Positions 1 to 10,133 of a DNA stretch of 64,000 nt are shown here, piece after piece (position 1 is the stretch's first letter; every line of letters begins with the position of its first letter). The DNA is from Acidimicrobiia bacterium (GTDB lineage: Bacteria > Actinomycetota > Acidimicrobiia > Spongiisociales > ZC4RG35): NCBI GenBank assembly GCA_965215185.1, contig OZ244034.1:864001-928000 (forward strand), read 5' to 3'. A program made the position numbers and the translations under genes. The notes beneath the pieces are model-generated. The model searched no databases and was not told the DNA's origin. It worked only from the letters and a program-made list of their open reading frames with translations.

Positions 1-1541
1 CCGGACGGGTTGTTCGGGGATTTGTTCGGTGGTCGGGGGTCGCCCGTCGGTACCGGCTTCGGTGGTAGCGACGGTGTTGGTGTTACAGGCGTTGGAAGGG
101 CTGTCTGATCGGGAAGCGATCGGGCGGTTGCGTTGTGATATTCGTTGGAAAGCGGCGGCGGGTTTGTCGTTGACCGATGAGGGGTTCCATCCGACGGTGT
201 TGACTTTGTGGCGGGCGAGACTGCGGAACAGTTCTGCGCCGGAGCGGGTGTTCGACGCGGTGCGGGCGGTGGTCGCCGAGACGGGGGTGTTGTCGGGTCG
301 GTGTAGGCGGGTGTTGGACTCGACGGTGTTGGATGACGCGGTGGCTACCCAGGACACGGTGACGATGATCACCGCTCAGATTCGTCGGTGTCGTCGGTTG
401 ATCGCCCAGGCTCGCCAAACCGTGGTTTCCCATGATTATGAACAACCGGGTAGGCCCTCTTGTGATTGGGGACGATCCCGAAAGCCGTTCGGGGTTGATC
501 AACGGGCTGGTCGCCGACGGACTGGCAGTACTCGACTCTGTGGAAGGGGCCGTTCTTGACCCAGAACAGACCGACGCGGTGGGTCTGTTAGCAGTGGTGG
601 TAGGCCAGGACACAGAACCCGACCCCGACCGGGTGGGGAAATGGCGGATCGCACATCGGGTGGCTCCCGATCGGACCATCTCGGTGGTCGACCCCCAAGC
701 TCGTCACGCCCGCAAAACCCGGTCGCAGCGTCGGGACGGTTACAAAGCGCACATCGCCGCCGACCCCGACACGGGGATCATCACCGCCTGTGACGTCACT
801 TCGGCCAATGCGCCCGACGGTGCGATCGGAGTGAAAATGCTGGAAAACGAAGACTCGGGTTTGGAGATAATCGCCGACTCGGCCTACGGATCCGCTGCCA
901 CCCGCCACCAGATCGAAGCCGCCGGCCATCACACCACTATCAAACCCCTTCCCCAATACCGTAACCCGCGTCTGGGCAAAGATCAGTTCACCCGCGACGA
1001 CTTCTCCATCGATCACCACCACCAGCAGGTGACCTGCCCGGCGGGTCGCACCACCACCATCAACACCCAAGGATGGGCCCGTTTCGGGAAGGTCTGCTCC
1101 GGCTGTCCCATCCGGGTTCGCTGCACCACCAACCCCAAAGGACGCACCCTCAAAATACGCCCACACAACCAACTCCTGATCAAAGCCCGCCGGCGATTCG
1201 AAAACCCCGAAACCCTAGCCCGCTACCACCAACACCGACCCGCCGTGGAACGGATCATCGCCTGGGTGGTAGCCAACGGCCACCGAAAACTCCGATACCG
1301 AGGCACCCAACCCAACCGACAACAACTCCACACCCGGGCCGCCGCCATCAACCTACGCCGACTCCTCAACCTCGGCCTACACCACACCCCCACCGGCTGG
1401 GCCATCCACCCCACCTAACCCACCCCGCTCTAGCCTCCCCCCACCACCATCAACACCCAATCATCCCAACCCACCGGAAAACCCCAAAACCACAAAACCA
1501 CACCCCCCACCACCAAACACCATTACTCAGCAGACTCCTAG
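1..1541 (+). mobile_element. IS1182-family insertion sequence (left end outside window); transposase split by a frameshift (ORFs 29-559 and 432-1418)
   Basis: DUF772-like N-terminus (GLSDREA...DIRWKAAAGL...FHPTVL), DDE motifs (LDST, ADSAYG, VERII) and a Cys-rich CPAG...CSGCPIRVRC segment. Right end TTACTCAGCAGACTCCTAG at 1523-1541. Frameshift in the G-run near 467-471. Confidence 0.85.
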
Positions 1542-2303
1542 GAACCATAACCGCAGCCACTGGTCCTCCTCGAAGTTGGTAACGTCAAGATATGGAGGCG
1601 AAGTGACGATACACGACACGGACTTCTCGGTCGCGGCAGGCAGCCTCGGTAAGTCACGAAAGTCCGAGAGCGCCACTTCGGCTCTCCCCTGTGGAGGCTG
1701 AGATAGGTATCTGAACGCGGCCTGTCGACGCAGCAATGCGAACACGTCTCGGTTTGGTGGGTGAAGATCGCGCTCTTCCCAGAAGCGAATCGAGTACGCA
1801 GGCTTGGTGCTGATCGTGCGAGGCATTTGGGCGCTCAGATAGGACGGGGAAGTCTCGCTGTCGCCGTGCAATGCACCAAGGACCAAGGCCGCGACCATCG
1901 CGTCGGAGCGCGTGCGAGACCAAGCAAGGGACTCCCGCAGGTACAAGAGCTGCGCTAGAGTCCCCGTCGAGTATGCCCGCTGGAAGAAAGCGGGTTGTAA
2001 ATGCGATCGAGAAACCCAACTGCGAGCGTCATAGCCGTCCTCCAGGTGTTTGATACGCCGCTTGAGGGTAGATAGTGCTGGTGCCCGGGTCTTGGCTGCC
2101 GTTACGCAAAAGGCGACTGGGTTGATGTCGCTAGCTAGAGTTCGACGTCCCATAAGTATGGCTTGGAAGGGCGTCGTTCCCCGCCCGCAGAATGGATCGA
2201 GTACCAGGTCCCCTGCGTTGGTGAGTTTTGCGATCCAGTGCTCCACGAACTGTTCGGGGAACATCGCGAAATATGGGCAGAGGGCGTGGAACCTATGTCT
2301 CAT
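1538..2303 (-). pseudogene. Amino (N4-C/N6-A) DNA methyltransferase, C-terminus truncated by the IS1182 insertion
   Basis: Motif I DPFCGRGTT and motif IV TSPPY. Likely start ATG at 2303 (MRHRFHALCPYFAMFP) overlaps the upstream stop (ATGA). The frame runs into the IS end at CTAG 1538-1541. Confidence 0.8.
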
Positions 2304-2965
2304 GGGAGTACATTGGCGTCGAGTGCTGCTACGACCCAACGCGCGCAGCGGCTTGCCACGTGCGCGGGTATCACGGGTGAGTGGTAGGCGATTCTGCATC
2401 GCTCGAAGATCACACCGCCAAGTATCGACCGTGTCTTCCACTCTTCCTCGGTGAGGCGATGAGGAACAAACAGCATACGTATAGGGGGGACAGCTGGGGG
2501 ATCAAACATCCAGGCCCGACACCAGACCTCGCCGGATGGCAGTTCGGTGACCTTTCTTCTCCAGTTTTGACCCGCGGCACATTGGCCGAACGCAATCACC
2601 TGGCCGGGTCGCCGGTCGGCGAAGCCGTGCCAGACAACGAGATCCAAGTAAGCGTCCTTCTGATCTCTGGCTGGCCCAACCGACTTCGCTCCACCTCCTT
2701 CGCCGAGCAGCACCGAGAGCTTGTCTACTGCCGCAGAAAAGGCCTTCTCGTCGGTGCGGCGAGGAAACCCGAAGAGGTAGGATCCGTCGCGGGTGTTGTG
2801 GCCGAAATAGCTCCGAGCCGCGTCAAGGCTGATGTCTTCGAAGTCGCGCTCGGGTCGGACTCGTGAAATCTTGCCAGCTTCAACACCAAAGTTGCTCAGC
2901 AAGAGCTGGAAGATGTAGGTCGACGCTTTGATGTCCACCTGTGGAGCAAGCTTGGGAAACTCCAC
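2300..2965 (-). CDS. Putative restriction-endonuclease-like protein coupled to the methyltransferase; probably 5'-truncated by IS30
   Basis: D...LDLVVW...FGQCAAGQNW resembles an Mrr-like PD-(D/E)XK variant. ATGA coupling to the MTase; the ORF begins at the IS30 junction. Confidence 0.45.
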   Translation of the reverse strand: MEFPKLAPQVDIKASTYIFQLLLSNFGVEAGKISRVRPERDFEDISLDAARSYFGHNTRDGSYLFGFPRRTDEKAFSAAVDKLSVLLGEGGGAKSVGPARDQKDAYLDLVVWHGFADRRPGQVIAFGQCAAGQNWRRKVTELPSGEVWCRAWMFDPPAVPPIRMLFVPHRLTEEEWKTRSILGGVIFERCRIAYHSPVIPAHVASRCARWVVAALDANVLP

Positions 2966-3925
2966 CGGTGGTTGCTCGTTTGAGCCAGTATTGCTGGCTT
3001 AGCAATACAAGCGAGAACCATCCGGTGGAGGTGTTCGATTATGGCAGCGAGGCTTTCTTTCGATGAGCGGTGTGTGATCTCGGCGATGGTCGGGGTGGGA
3101 GCGTCGGCCGGGCAGATAGCGGACGAGTTGGGTCGTCACTCGTCGACGGTGCGGCGGGAGATCAACCGTGCGGGAGGCAGGGGGGTTTACCGAGCCGAGG
3201 ATGCTCAGACAGAGGCCGAGGTCCGGGCAAGGCGTCCTAAGGTCCCGAAACTGGTCACCGATCCGCAGCTGGCCGAGGCTGTGACCCAGCGGCTGGGGAT
3301 GGGATGGTCTCCCCACGCCGTAGCAGCCGATCTCCGTAACGAGGGTTCCCTTTTGCTGGTGTGCGCGGAGACCATCTATCAGGCGTGTTACGAGCCGTGC
3401 GGTGCTCGGGGCCTGGCCGCCGGCTCCTGGCGGTGGCTACCGCGCCGCCGCAGGCGGCGGAAGCCACGCAGCCGCTGTGAACAGGCAAAACGCAGCCCAC
3501 TCGGTGACATCCGACCCATCGGTGACCGTCCTCCCGATATCGAGGAACGCCTCGAACCCGGTCACTCGGTGAGGCGATTTGATCATCGGCGCCCACAACC
3601 GCACGGCGGTGGTAACGCTCACCGAACGGGTCACCCGCCACACCCTCCTAGCCGCTCTGCCCAACGGCTACCGCGCTCCCCACACCGCCCAGGCCATCTG
3701 CGACGCCTTCTCCCGCGTTCCCAAACCTCTGCGGAAAACGCTCACCTGGGACCAAGGAAGAGAAATGAGCCAATGGTGCTCTGTCGAACAGCAGACCGGT
3801 CTCTCGGTCTATTTCTGCGACCCCCGATCACCCTGGCAACGGGCCACCAACGAGCACACCAACGGAATGCTCCGCCGCTGGCTGCCCAAAAGCACCAACC
3901 TCAACATCGGCCAAATACCCCTCTC
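2966..3925 (+). mobile_element. IS30-family element, frameshifted and 3'-truncated transposase (ORFs starting at 3041 and 3579)
   Basis: HTH IADELGRHSSTVRREINR, WSP, ETIY, TLTWDQGREM, YFCDPRSPWQRATNEHTNGMLRRWLPK. Element ends are approximate. Confidence 0.85.
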
Positions 3926-4053
3926 TGGCGTGTTGCGGTTCTGTTCATGTTCTCATTCAAATGCTCTGGGTGTTGTGGTGAGCCGTATATGATTTCATTG
4001 TGATGTATGTGTGATGTGGGGTGTTGGCGGTCAACAGGATACGCGGTGGATTG
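3926..4053 (+). promoter_or_regulatory. Conserved non-coding leader (copy 1 of 3) upstream of giant surface-protein genes
   Basis: Near-identical to 48061-48188 and similar to about 62304-62400; relatively AT-rich. Confidence 0.6.
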
Positions 4054-4073
4054 ATAACGGAGGTGGGTTCGCG

Positions 4074-7000
4074 ATGAGGCGGGGTGGCTCCTTCGTCGGG
4101 GGTGGGGTTGCGGCGCTTGTGTTGGTGCTGGTCGCGGCGACCGTGGGTTGGGTCGGCACCGCGCCGGCGCAGACCGAGACCACCCCGCTGGTGAGCAGCG
4201 CGGGTCCGTTCACGGTGGCCGAGGGTTCGGTGAAGGTTGCTCAGATGGCGGCTTCGGGTTTCAGCGAGGATGCTGAGGATCTGTTCTGGTCGATCCTCAC
4301 CGAGGCGGACTCGGGTGCCGATGGCGACTTGTTCAAGTTGCGGCTTGATCATGTGCTGGAGTTCGTCGAGCCGCCCGATTTCGAGCAGCCCACCGACGCT
4401 GACGACGACAACGTCTATGTGGTGACGGTGAAGGTCAGCAATGGCGCCGATACTGACCCGGCCGAGGCGACTGCCGATATCAGCGTTACGGTGAGCGATG
4501 TTGGGTTTACCGCTTTCGATGCGAGCATGCTTTCTGTGGACTTTGACGAGAACCGCCATGTGCGGGTGGCGACGTTGGACGCGGGCGATCCGGTGGTGGA
4601 GTGGTCGTTGAGCGGTCCTGACGCGGGCTGGTTCCGCATCGCCGACGGGGCGCTGAGGTTCAGGTCTCAGGTATCGGGGGGTCCGCCGGACTACGAGTCG
4701 CCGGGCGATTCGGGCGCCGACAATGTCTATGTGGTGACGGTGTCCGCCGAGGAGGACTCAACCGACGTCGACACCACCGATGCCAGCTCGGTAGCGGTGT
4801 CGGTGACTGTGCTCAACGTCGACGAAGCCGGCATGGTGGCGCTGTCGGACTCGATGCCCACGATTGGTGAGGCACTGGTCGCATCATTGAGCGATCCAGA
4901 TGGCGGCGTCGCCGACATTGAGTGGGTGTGGGAGCGCTCGGTGGGCCGTTCAGCGTGGGAGGTGATCGACGCCGTTACTAGCGCCACGTATACGCCGACG
5001 GCGGCGGATTCTGAGGATTACTTGCGGGTGACGGCGACCTATACCGATGCTCTCGCGGCGGGAAGGACGGCGCGTGCGGTGGCGTCGAGCCCGCCGCTGG
5101 GCGAGCTGTTGAGCAGCTTGAGCGTCACGACTTCCTCGGCGCGCAAGATGTATCCGGTGTTCGATCCTGAGGTGTTGCACTATGCGGTGGGCTGCGATTC
5201 GGAGGTGACGTTGTCGTTGTCGGCGGCGAGTTCCGACGCCCGCGTCTCTGTCGATGGTATCCAGCAGCCTGCAAGCAACGCCGAGGTGACGGTGTCGGGC
5301 CTGCACGACGGCGACAACGGCGCCGACAGGGCACACAGTGGTCCCGACGCGAGCGACATCGAGATCGTCGTGAGCGATGCCGACGGGTCGAGCACCACCT
5401 ATGTGGTGCACTGCATCCACGACGACTACCCCGAGATCACGCCCATCCGCAATGCGACCTCAGACGGCGTGATCGAGGACCTGATCCTGCTGCACCTGCA
5501 GCCCGACCTGGAGGCCGGGGTGTACCCGTCCATAGTCGACACGAACGGCGTGCCGCGCTTTCACCGCCACACGCGCGGCGACGGCCCGTTCTTCCGGGTG
5601 TTCCACATCGACGGGCGCTACCGGTACGCGTGGGCGCAGAGGAGCGCTGACACGGGGAACCAGTGGATCATCCTCGACGAGTACTTCACCGTGCTTGACA
5701 ACAAGGTCACCACATCATCACCGTTGGTAAAGACCAACGCCCACGATTTCCGCATTCTCGACAATGGCAACTATCTGTTGATGTCTTATGAGCCGGGTTA
5801 TCGGGACCTGCGCTTCATGGAGTCGCTGATACCGGAGATCTCCGACCCTGCACGGGTGCCGATAGACGATACGGCGGTCCAGATCATCACACCGCGCAAG
5901 CCGAACGGCACCGCGGTGTTCAATTGGAGCTCATTCGACCAGATGGACGTGAGGGACTGTCTGAGCCACCGTTTCCCGAACGACTTCGCCCATGGCAACA
6001 GCCTCCAGTATTGGGAACCGGAAGGCCGGGACCAGGACTGGATCGTGGTCAGCCTCCGGGGCTGTTCAGCGGTCGCGGTCATCGACGCCGACACCGCGGA
6101 GACGGTGGCGAGGATCGGTCGCACGAATCTGAGTGCAGATGAGTGGGCCGCGGCCGGCAAGGGCGACCCGCCGCTGACGCTCCTCGACGACCCCCACGGC
6201 GAGTTCTGCGGGCAGCACGCCGCCTGGATGCTGCCGCACGAGCATCTCGTGATGTTCGACAACGGCAACTCTTGCACCACAGATTCGCGCACCGGCGAGA
6301 CGGTCAGGAACAGCAATAAGCCCGACCTGTTCAGCCGGGTCGTCGAGTACGCCTTGGATCTGGACAACGGTGAGGCGGTCTTCGTGCGCCACCATTCGAT
6401 GCACAGTGCGGAGAACCGGCTGGGCCGTTCGTCGGGCCATGTCGATGTGCTCGACAACGGCGACTGGCTGATCGGCTGGGGCCGAGCCAATCACGACACC
6501 GATCCCGAGACGGCCTGGGGGCCCGACGAGGCGGTCACCCAGGCCGACCCCGACACCGGCGAGGAGAAGTTCGCGCTGCAGATCTCCGAGCCCGACGGCT
6601 TGCTGCTCGACGTCGACGGCGACGGCGACACCGAGCGGGAACAGCTCAGGGTGAGGCCGGAATCGCTGAGCCCGGTCGCTCTGGCGTCCGACCGGCTCGA
6701 GCTGGAGGCAGGGTTCGCAGCGGGCAGTGATCACACCGCGGGGTTCTTCACCAGCGTGCAGGCTCGGCCCACCGTGGTGGTGAGCTTCAACCAGCCGGTG
6801 GTGGATTTTGACGAGACCACCACGTCGATGACGGTGCCGGGCGGCACGCTGGAGTCAGTGGCGCCCCATGTGGTTGCGGGCGAGCCGGCGTACTCGTACC
6901 TGCTGACGCTGGCACCCGACGGAGAGGCGGCTATGACGGTGAGCCTCGTGGCCTCGCAGGCCTGCGACGCGGGCGGCATTTGCACCGCGGACGGCTCGAT

Positions 7001-9824
7001 GCTGTCGGAAGTCCCGCAGGCGCACCGGGTGCGCTACAACATGTCGCCGACCATCGACGCCGATTCATTGGCCTTCGAGGTGGACGAGAACACCACCGCG
7101 GTTGGGCGGCTGAGCGCCACCGACGACACCGCAGCGAGCCGGCTGACATGGTCGCTGGCGTCTGAGGCGACCGGTCCTGACGACGCCGAGTTCACACTGA
7201 GTTCGAGCGGGGTGCTGAACCTGCGGGCGGGCAAGGACTTCGATGTGCCCGATGACGCCAACGGCGACGGCACCTACGAGGTGATGGTGCAGGTCAGCGA
7301 CAGCGACAGTACCGTGACCGGCCTGGTGGAGGTGACATTGGTCGATGTGGACGAGGCGCCGGTGGTGTCGGGACCGTCGTTGCGTAGCTACGACGAGAAC
7401 AACATCGCGGTGGTGGGCTTCTATTACGCGGTGGACCCTGAGGGCGAGACGGTGGAGTTATTGCCGCTGTCGGGGCCTGATGCGGGCGATTTCGAGCTCG
7501 CGGGCAGCACGTTGAGGTTCAAGACGCCGCCGGATTTCGAGGCGCGTGGCGGCAGTTCCGGGGGCGGCAACACCTACTCGGTGACCGTGTGGGCCTCCGA
7601 CGGCGACTTGGAGGGCTCGCTGGAAGTGCGGGTGAGTGTGAACGACATCGACGAGGCGCCGGTGGTGTCGGGACCGTCGTCGGTGACCGTGGATGAGGGC
7701 GTTACGGCGGTGGGGTCCTACAGCGCCCGCGATCCCGAGGGCGACGGGGTGGAGTGGCTCCTATCGGGCGCGGATGCGAATAGTTTCGAGATCGCCGGCG
7801 GGAGGCTGCGTTTCGGGTCGGCGCCGGATTTCGAGGCGCGTGGCGGCAGTTCCGGGGGCGGCAACACCTACTCGGTGACTGTGGGGGCCTCCGACGGCGA
7901 TCTGACGGGCACCGTTGGCGTGCAGGTGACGGTCGCGAATCTCGATGAGCCGGGCGGGGTGTCGCTGTCGTCGGTGCAGCCTCAGGCCGAGAGCCAACTG
8001 AGAGCGAGCCTGACCGACCCCGACGGGATCGTGGGCAGCGTCTTGTGGGTGTGGCAGCGTTCGACAAACCGCAGCTCGTGGTCCACGGTCTCCGGCGCAG
8101 ACTCGGCCGCCTACACGCCCGGGGCGGGCGATGTGGGCATGTGGCTGCGCGCAGCGGCGTCCTATGACGACGGCCACAGCTTATCGAAATCGGCGAACAA
8201 GGTGTCGGCGAACAAGGTGCAGGATGTCCCGGTGACCAACGGCCCTCCGGAGTTCCCCGCCACTGAGACCGGGCAGCGCACTGTGGCCGAGAACACTGCG
8301 GCGGGGCGCAGCATCGGCGCGGCGGTGGTGGCGGCTGATCCCGATGCGGGCGACCGGCTGACCTACACGTTGGCAGGCGCCGACGCGGCCAGCTTCAACC
8401 TTGACGACGGGACCGGTCAGCTGCGCACCAAGGCGGAGCTGGACCACGAAGCCACGCCGTCGCTGAGGGTGGTGGTGACCGCCACCGACCCCGGCGGGCT
8501 GTCGGCCACCCAGGCGGTCACCGTGACAGTGACAGACGTGGACGAGGCGCCGGTGCCGGCCGGGCCCGACGTGGTCCGCTACGACGAGAACGACACCGCG
8601 GTGGTGGGATTCTTCACCGCCAACGATCCCGAGGGCGACCCGGTCAGCTGGTCGCTGTCTGGCTCTGACCGCCGCGCGTTCATGATCGACGCCTTGGGGC
8701 AGCTGAACTTCGTGGCGCCGCCCGACCACGAGGCCAAGAGCCTGTACCGGGTCACCGTGGAGGCAACCGACGACGCCCGCAACACCGCAAGGCTCCAGGT
8801 AACCATAAACGTCGACGACATCAACGAGCCGCCCGAAGTGTCGGGCGACGAGACGCCGGGATTCGGCCATCTAGGTACCGGCACGGTGGCGCGCTACATG
8901 GCCCGGGACCCCGAGCGGCGCCCGATCGAATGGTCGCTGTCGGGTTCCGACAGCGAGGACCTGAGCATCAACAGCGGCGGGACGTTGCGCTTCCTGGCGC
9001 CACCCGACATCGACCGTCCCGACGATGCCGACACCGACAACACCTACGAGGTCACAGTCGAAGCCTACGACGGGAACAGCACCGGCACCCTCACCGTCAC
9101 CGTCACCGTCACCCTTACCACCACAACCACGACCACCACGACCACGACAACTAGGACCACCACCACAGGGGGAGGCGGCGGAGGTGGCGGAGGGTTTGAT
9201 GATGAGCTGCCGCCCACTGCCTCTGAACTGTTCGAGGACATTGACCCGGGAGTGTGGTACGAATCCGCGGTGTCATGGATGATCCTTCACAAAGTCACCT
9301 CCGGATGTTCCACCACCATGTTCTGCCCCGACGCCAACCTCACCCGCCAACAATTCGTCACGTTCCTCTGGAGAGCAGCCGGCCGACCCACCCCCACCTA
9401 CCAAGGATCAGAAGCCTTCACCGACGTACCACAAGGGGTCTACTCGGACCAGGCCATCGGCTGGGCAGTCTCCAACGAAATCACCGTGGGATGCACCCCA
9501 GGCGCCTTTAGTGATCCTGACTGGGAGTTTTGCCCAACGGATCACGTCACCAGAGGACAAATGGCCACCCTCCTCTACCGACACGTAGAAGCCGACTACA
9601 TCGGCACAACCCCCCTATATACCGATGTGCAACCAGACCGATACTACGCGGAAAGCATCACCTGGCTAACCGACTTCCAAATAGTCCCCGGATGCGGACC
9701 AACCCTATTTTGCCCCAACCGAGACGCCACCCGCGCCGAAGCAGCACGCTTCATCAACGGAGTAGCCATCCGACCCCACACCTGGGGACCAGACAACACC
9801 AACTTCATACCCCAACCAAACTAA
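4074..9824 (+). CDS. Giant secreted surface protein: cadherin-like repeats, arylsulfotransferase (ASST)-like domain, Ig-like domain, Thr/Gly linker, C-terminal SLH domains
   Basis: RBS GGAGGT before ATG 4074 (ORF track starts at 4011), then a signal peptide. Cadherin-like PPDFE/DNVYVVTV/DVDE repeats. ASST-like HDFRILDNGNYLL, HGNSL, QHAAW..MFDNG. SLH-like FCPD..TRQQFVTFLWR and TRGQMATLLYR. Confidence 0.8.
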   Translation: MRRGGSFVGGGVAALVLVLVAATVGWVGTAPAQTETTPLVSSAGPFTVAEGSVKVAQMAASGFSEDAEDLFWSILTEADSGADGDLFKLRLDHVLEFVEPPDFEQPTDADDDNVYVVTVKVSNGADTDPAEATADISVTVSDVGFTAFDASMLSVDFDENRHVRVATLDAGDPVVEWSLSGPDAGWFRIADGALRFRSQVSGGPPDYESPGDSGADNVYVVTVSAEEDSTDVDTTDASSVAVSVTVLNVDEAGMVALSDSMPTIGEALVASLSDPDGGVADIEWVWERSVGRSAWEVIDAVTSATYTPTAADSEDYLRVTATYTDALAAGRTARAVASSPPLGELLSSLSVTTSSARKMYPVFDPEVLHYAVGCDSEVTLSLSAASSDARVSVDGIQQPASNAEVTVSGLHDGDNGADRAHSGPDASDIEIVVSDADGSSTTYVVHCIHDDYPEITPIRNATSDGVIEDLILLHLQPDLEAGVYPSIVDTNGVPRFHRHTRGDGPFFRVFHIDGRYRYAWAQRSADTGNQWIILDEYFTVLDNKVTTSSPLVKTNAHDFRILDNGNYLLMSYEPGYRDLRFMESLIPEISDPARVPIDDTAVQIITPRKPNGTAVFNWSSFDQMDVRDCLSHRFPNDFAHGNSLQYWEPEGRDQDWIVVSLRGCSAVAVIDADTAETVARIGRTNLSADEWAAAGKGDPPLTLLDDPHGEFCGQHAAWMLPHEHLVMFDNGNSCTTDSRTGETVRNSNKPDLFSRVVEYALDLDNGEAVFVRHHSMHSAENRLGRSSGHVDVLDNGDWLIGWGRANHDTDPETAWGPDEAVTQADPDTGEEKFALQISEPDGLLLDVDGDGDTEREQLRVRPESLSPVALASDRLELEAGFAAGSDHTAGFFTSVQARPTVVVSFNQPVVDFDETTTSMTVPGGTLESVAPHVVAGEPAYSYLLTLAPDGEAAMTVSLVASQACDAGGICTADGSMLSEVPQAHRVRYNMSPTIDADSLAFEVDENTTAVGRLSATDDTAASRLTWSLASEATGPDDAEFTLSSSGVLNLRAGKDFDVPDDANGDGTYEVMVQVSDSDSTVTGLVEVTLVDVDEAPVVSGPSLRSYDENNIAVVGFYYAVDPEGETVELLPLSGPDAGDFELAGSTLRFKTPPDFEARGGSSGGGNTYSVTVWASDGDLEGSLEVRVSVNDIDEAPVVSGPSSVTVDEGVTAVGSYSARDPEGDGVEWLLSGADANSFEIAGGRLRFGSAPDFEARGGSSGGGNTYSVTVGASDGDLTGTVGVQVTVANLDEPGGVSLSSVQPQAESQLRASLTDPDGIVGSVLWVWQRSTNRSSWSTVSGADSAAYTPGAGDVGMWLRAAASYDDGHSLSKSANKVSANKVQDVPVTNGPPEFPATETGQRTVAENTAAGRSIGAAVVAADPDAGDRLTYTLAGADAASFNLDDGTGQLRTKAELDHEATPSLRVVVTATDPGGLSATQAVTVTVTDVDEAPVPAGPDVVRYDENDTAVVGFFTANDPEGDPVSWSLSGSDRRAFMIDALGQLNFVAPPDHEAKSLYRVTVEATDDARNTARLQVTINVDDINEPPEVSGDETPGFGHLGTGTVARYMARDPERRPIEWSLSGSDSEDLSINSGGTLRFLAPPDIDRPDDADTDNTYEVTVEAYDGNSTGTLTVTVTVTLTTTTTTTTTTTTRTTTTGGGGGGGGGFDDELPPTASELFEDIDPGVWYESAVSWMILHKVTSGCSTTMFCPDANLTRQQFVTFLWRAAGRPTPTYQGSEAFTDVPQGVYSDQAIGWAVSNEITVGCTPGAFSDPDWEFCPTDHVTRGQMATLLYRHVEADYIGTTPLYTDVQPDRYYAESITWLTDFQIVPGCGPTLFCPNRDATRAEAARFINGVAIRPHTWGPDNTNFIPQPN

Positions 9825-9834
9825 GGGCTCCTCC
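9201..9834 (+). repeat. 634-bp SLH anchor module, near-identical to 50999-51632
   Basis: Visual alignment; identity extends 10 bp beyond the stop codon (TAAGGGCTCCTCC). Confidence 0.9.
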
Positions 9835-9957
9835 ACTGGCGGCACCCGCCCACCCACACCACAACCGCCTTGGACCCCTGATGGCCCGACGACGGGCCCC
9901 GGCGCCACACCACCGTGGCCAGCACTCAACTAGAACAGCCTCCCTTTTCCCCGCTAT

Positions 9958-9982
9958 AACTGATACTCAGCAAATATCCCTC
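9958..9982. repeat. Palindromic junction site A
   Basis: AACTGATACTC-AGC-AAATATCCCTC. Confidence 0.8.
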
Positions 9983-10133
9983 ATGATGGGTTGGCAGTGC
10001 CCTTGCCCGAGATTACTGGTGCTTAGATTGGCTGGTGCCTGAGGTGGCGGGAGGAGGTAGGTAGCGGGGGCGACAGTGGTTTTGGGCAGGCGTCAGCAGA
10101 GCGCATTGGCCAGCCCACTATCTCGTCGGTCGT

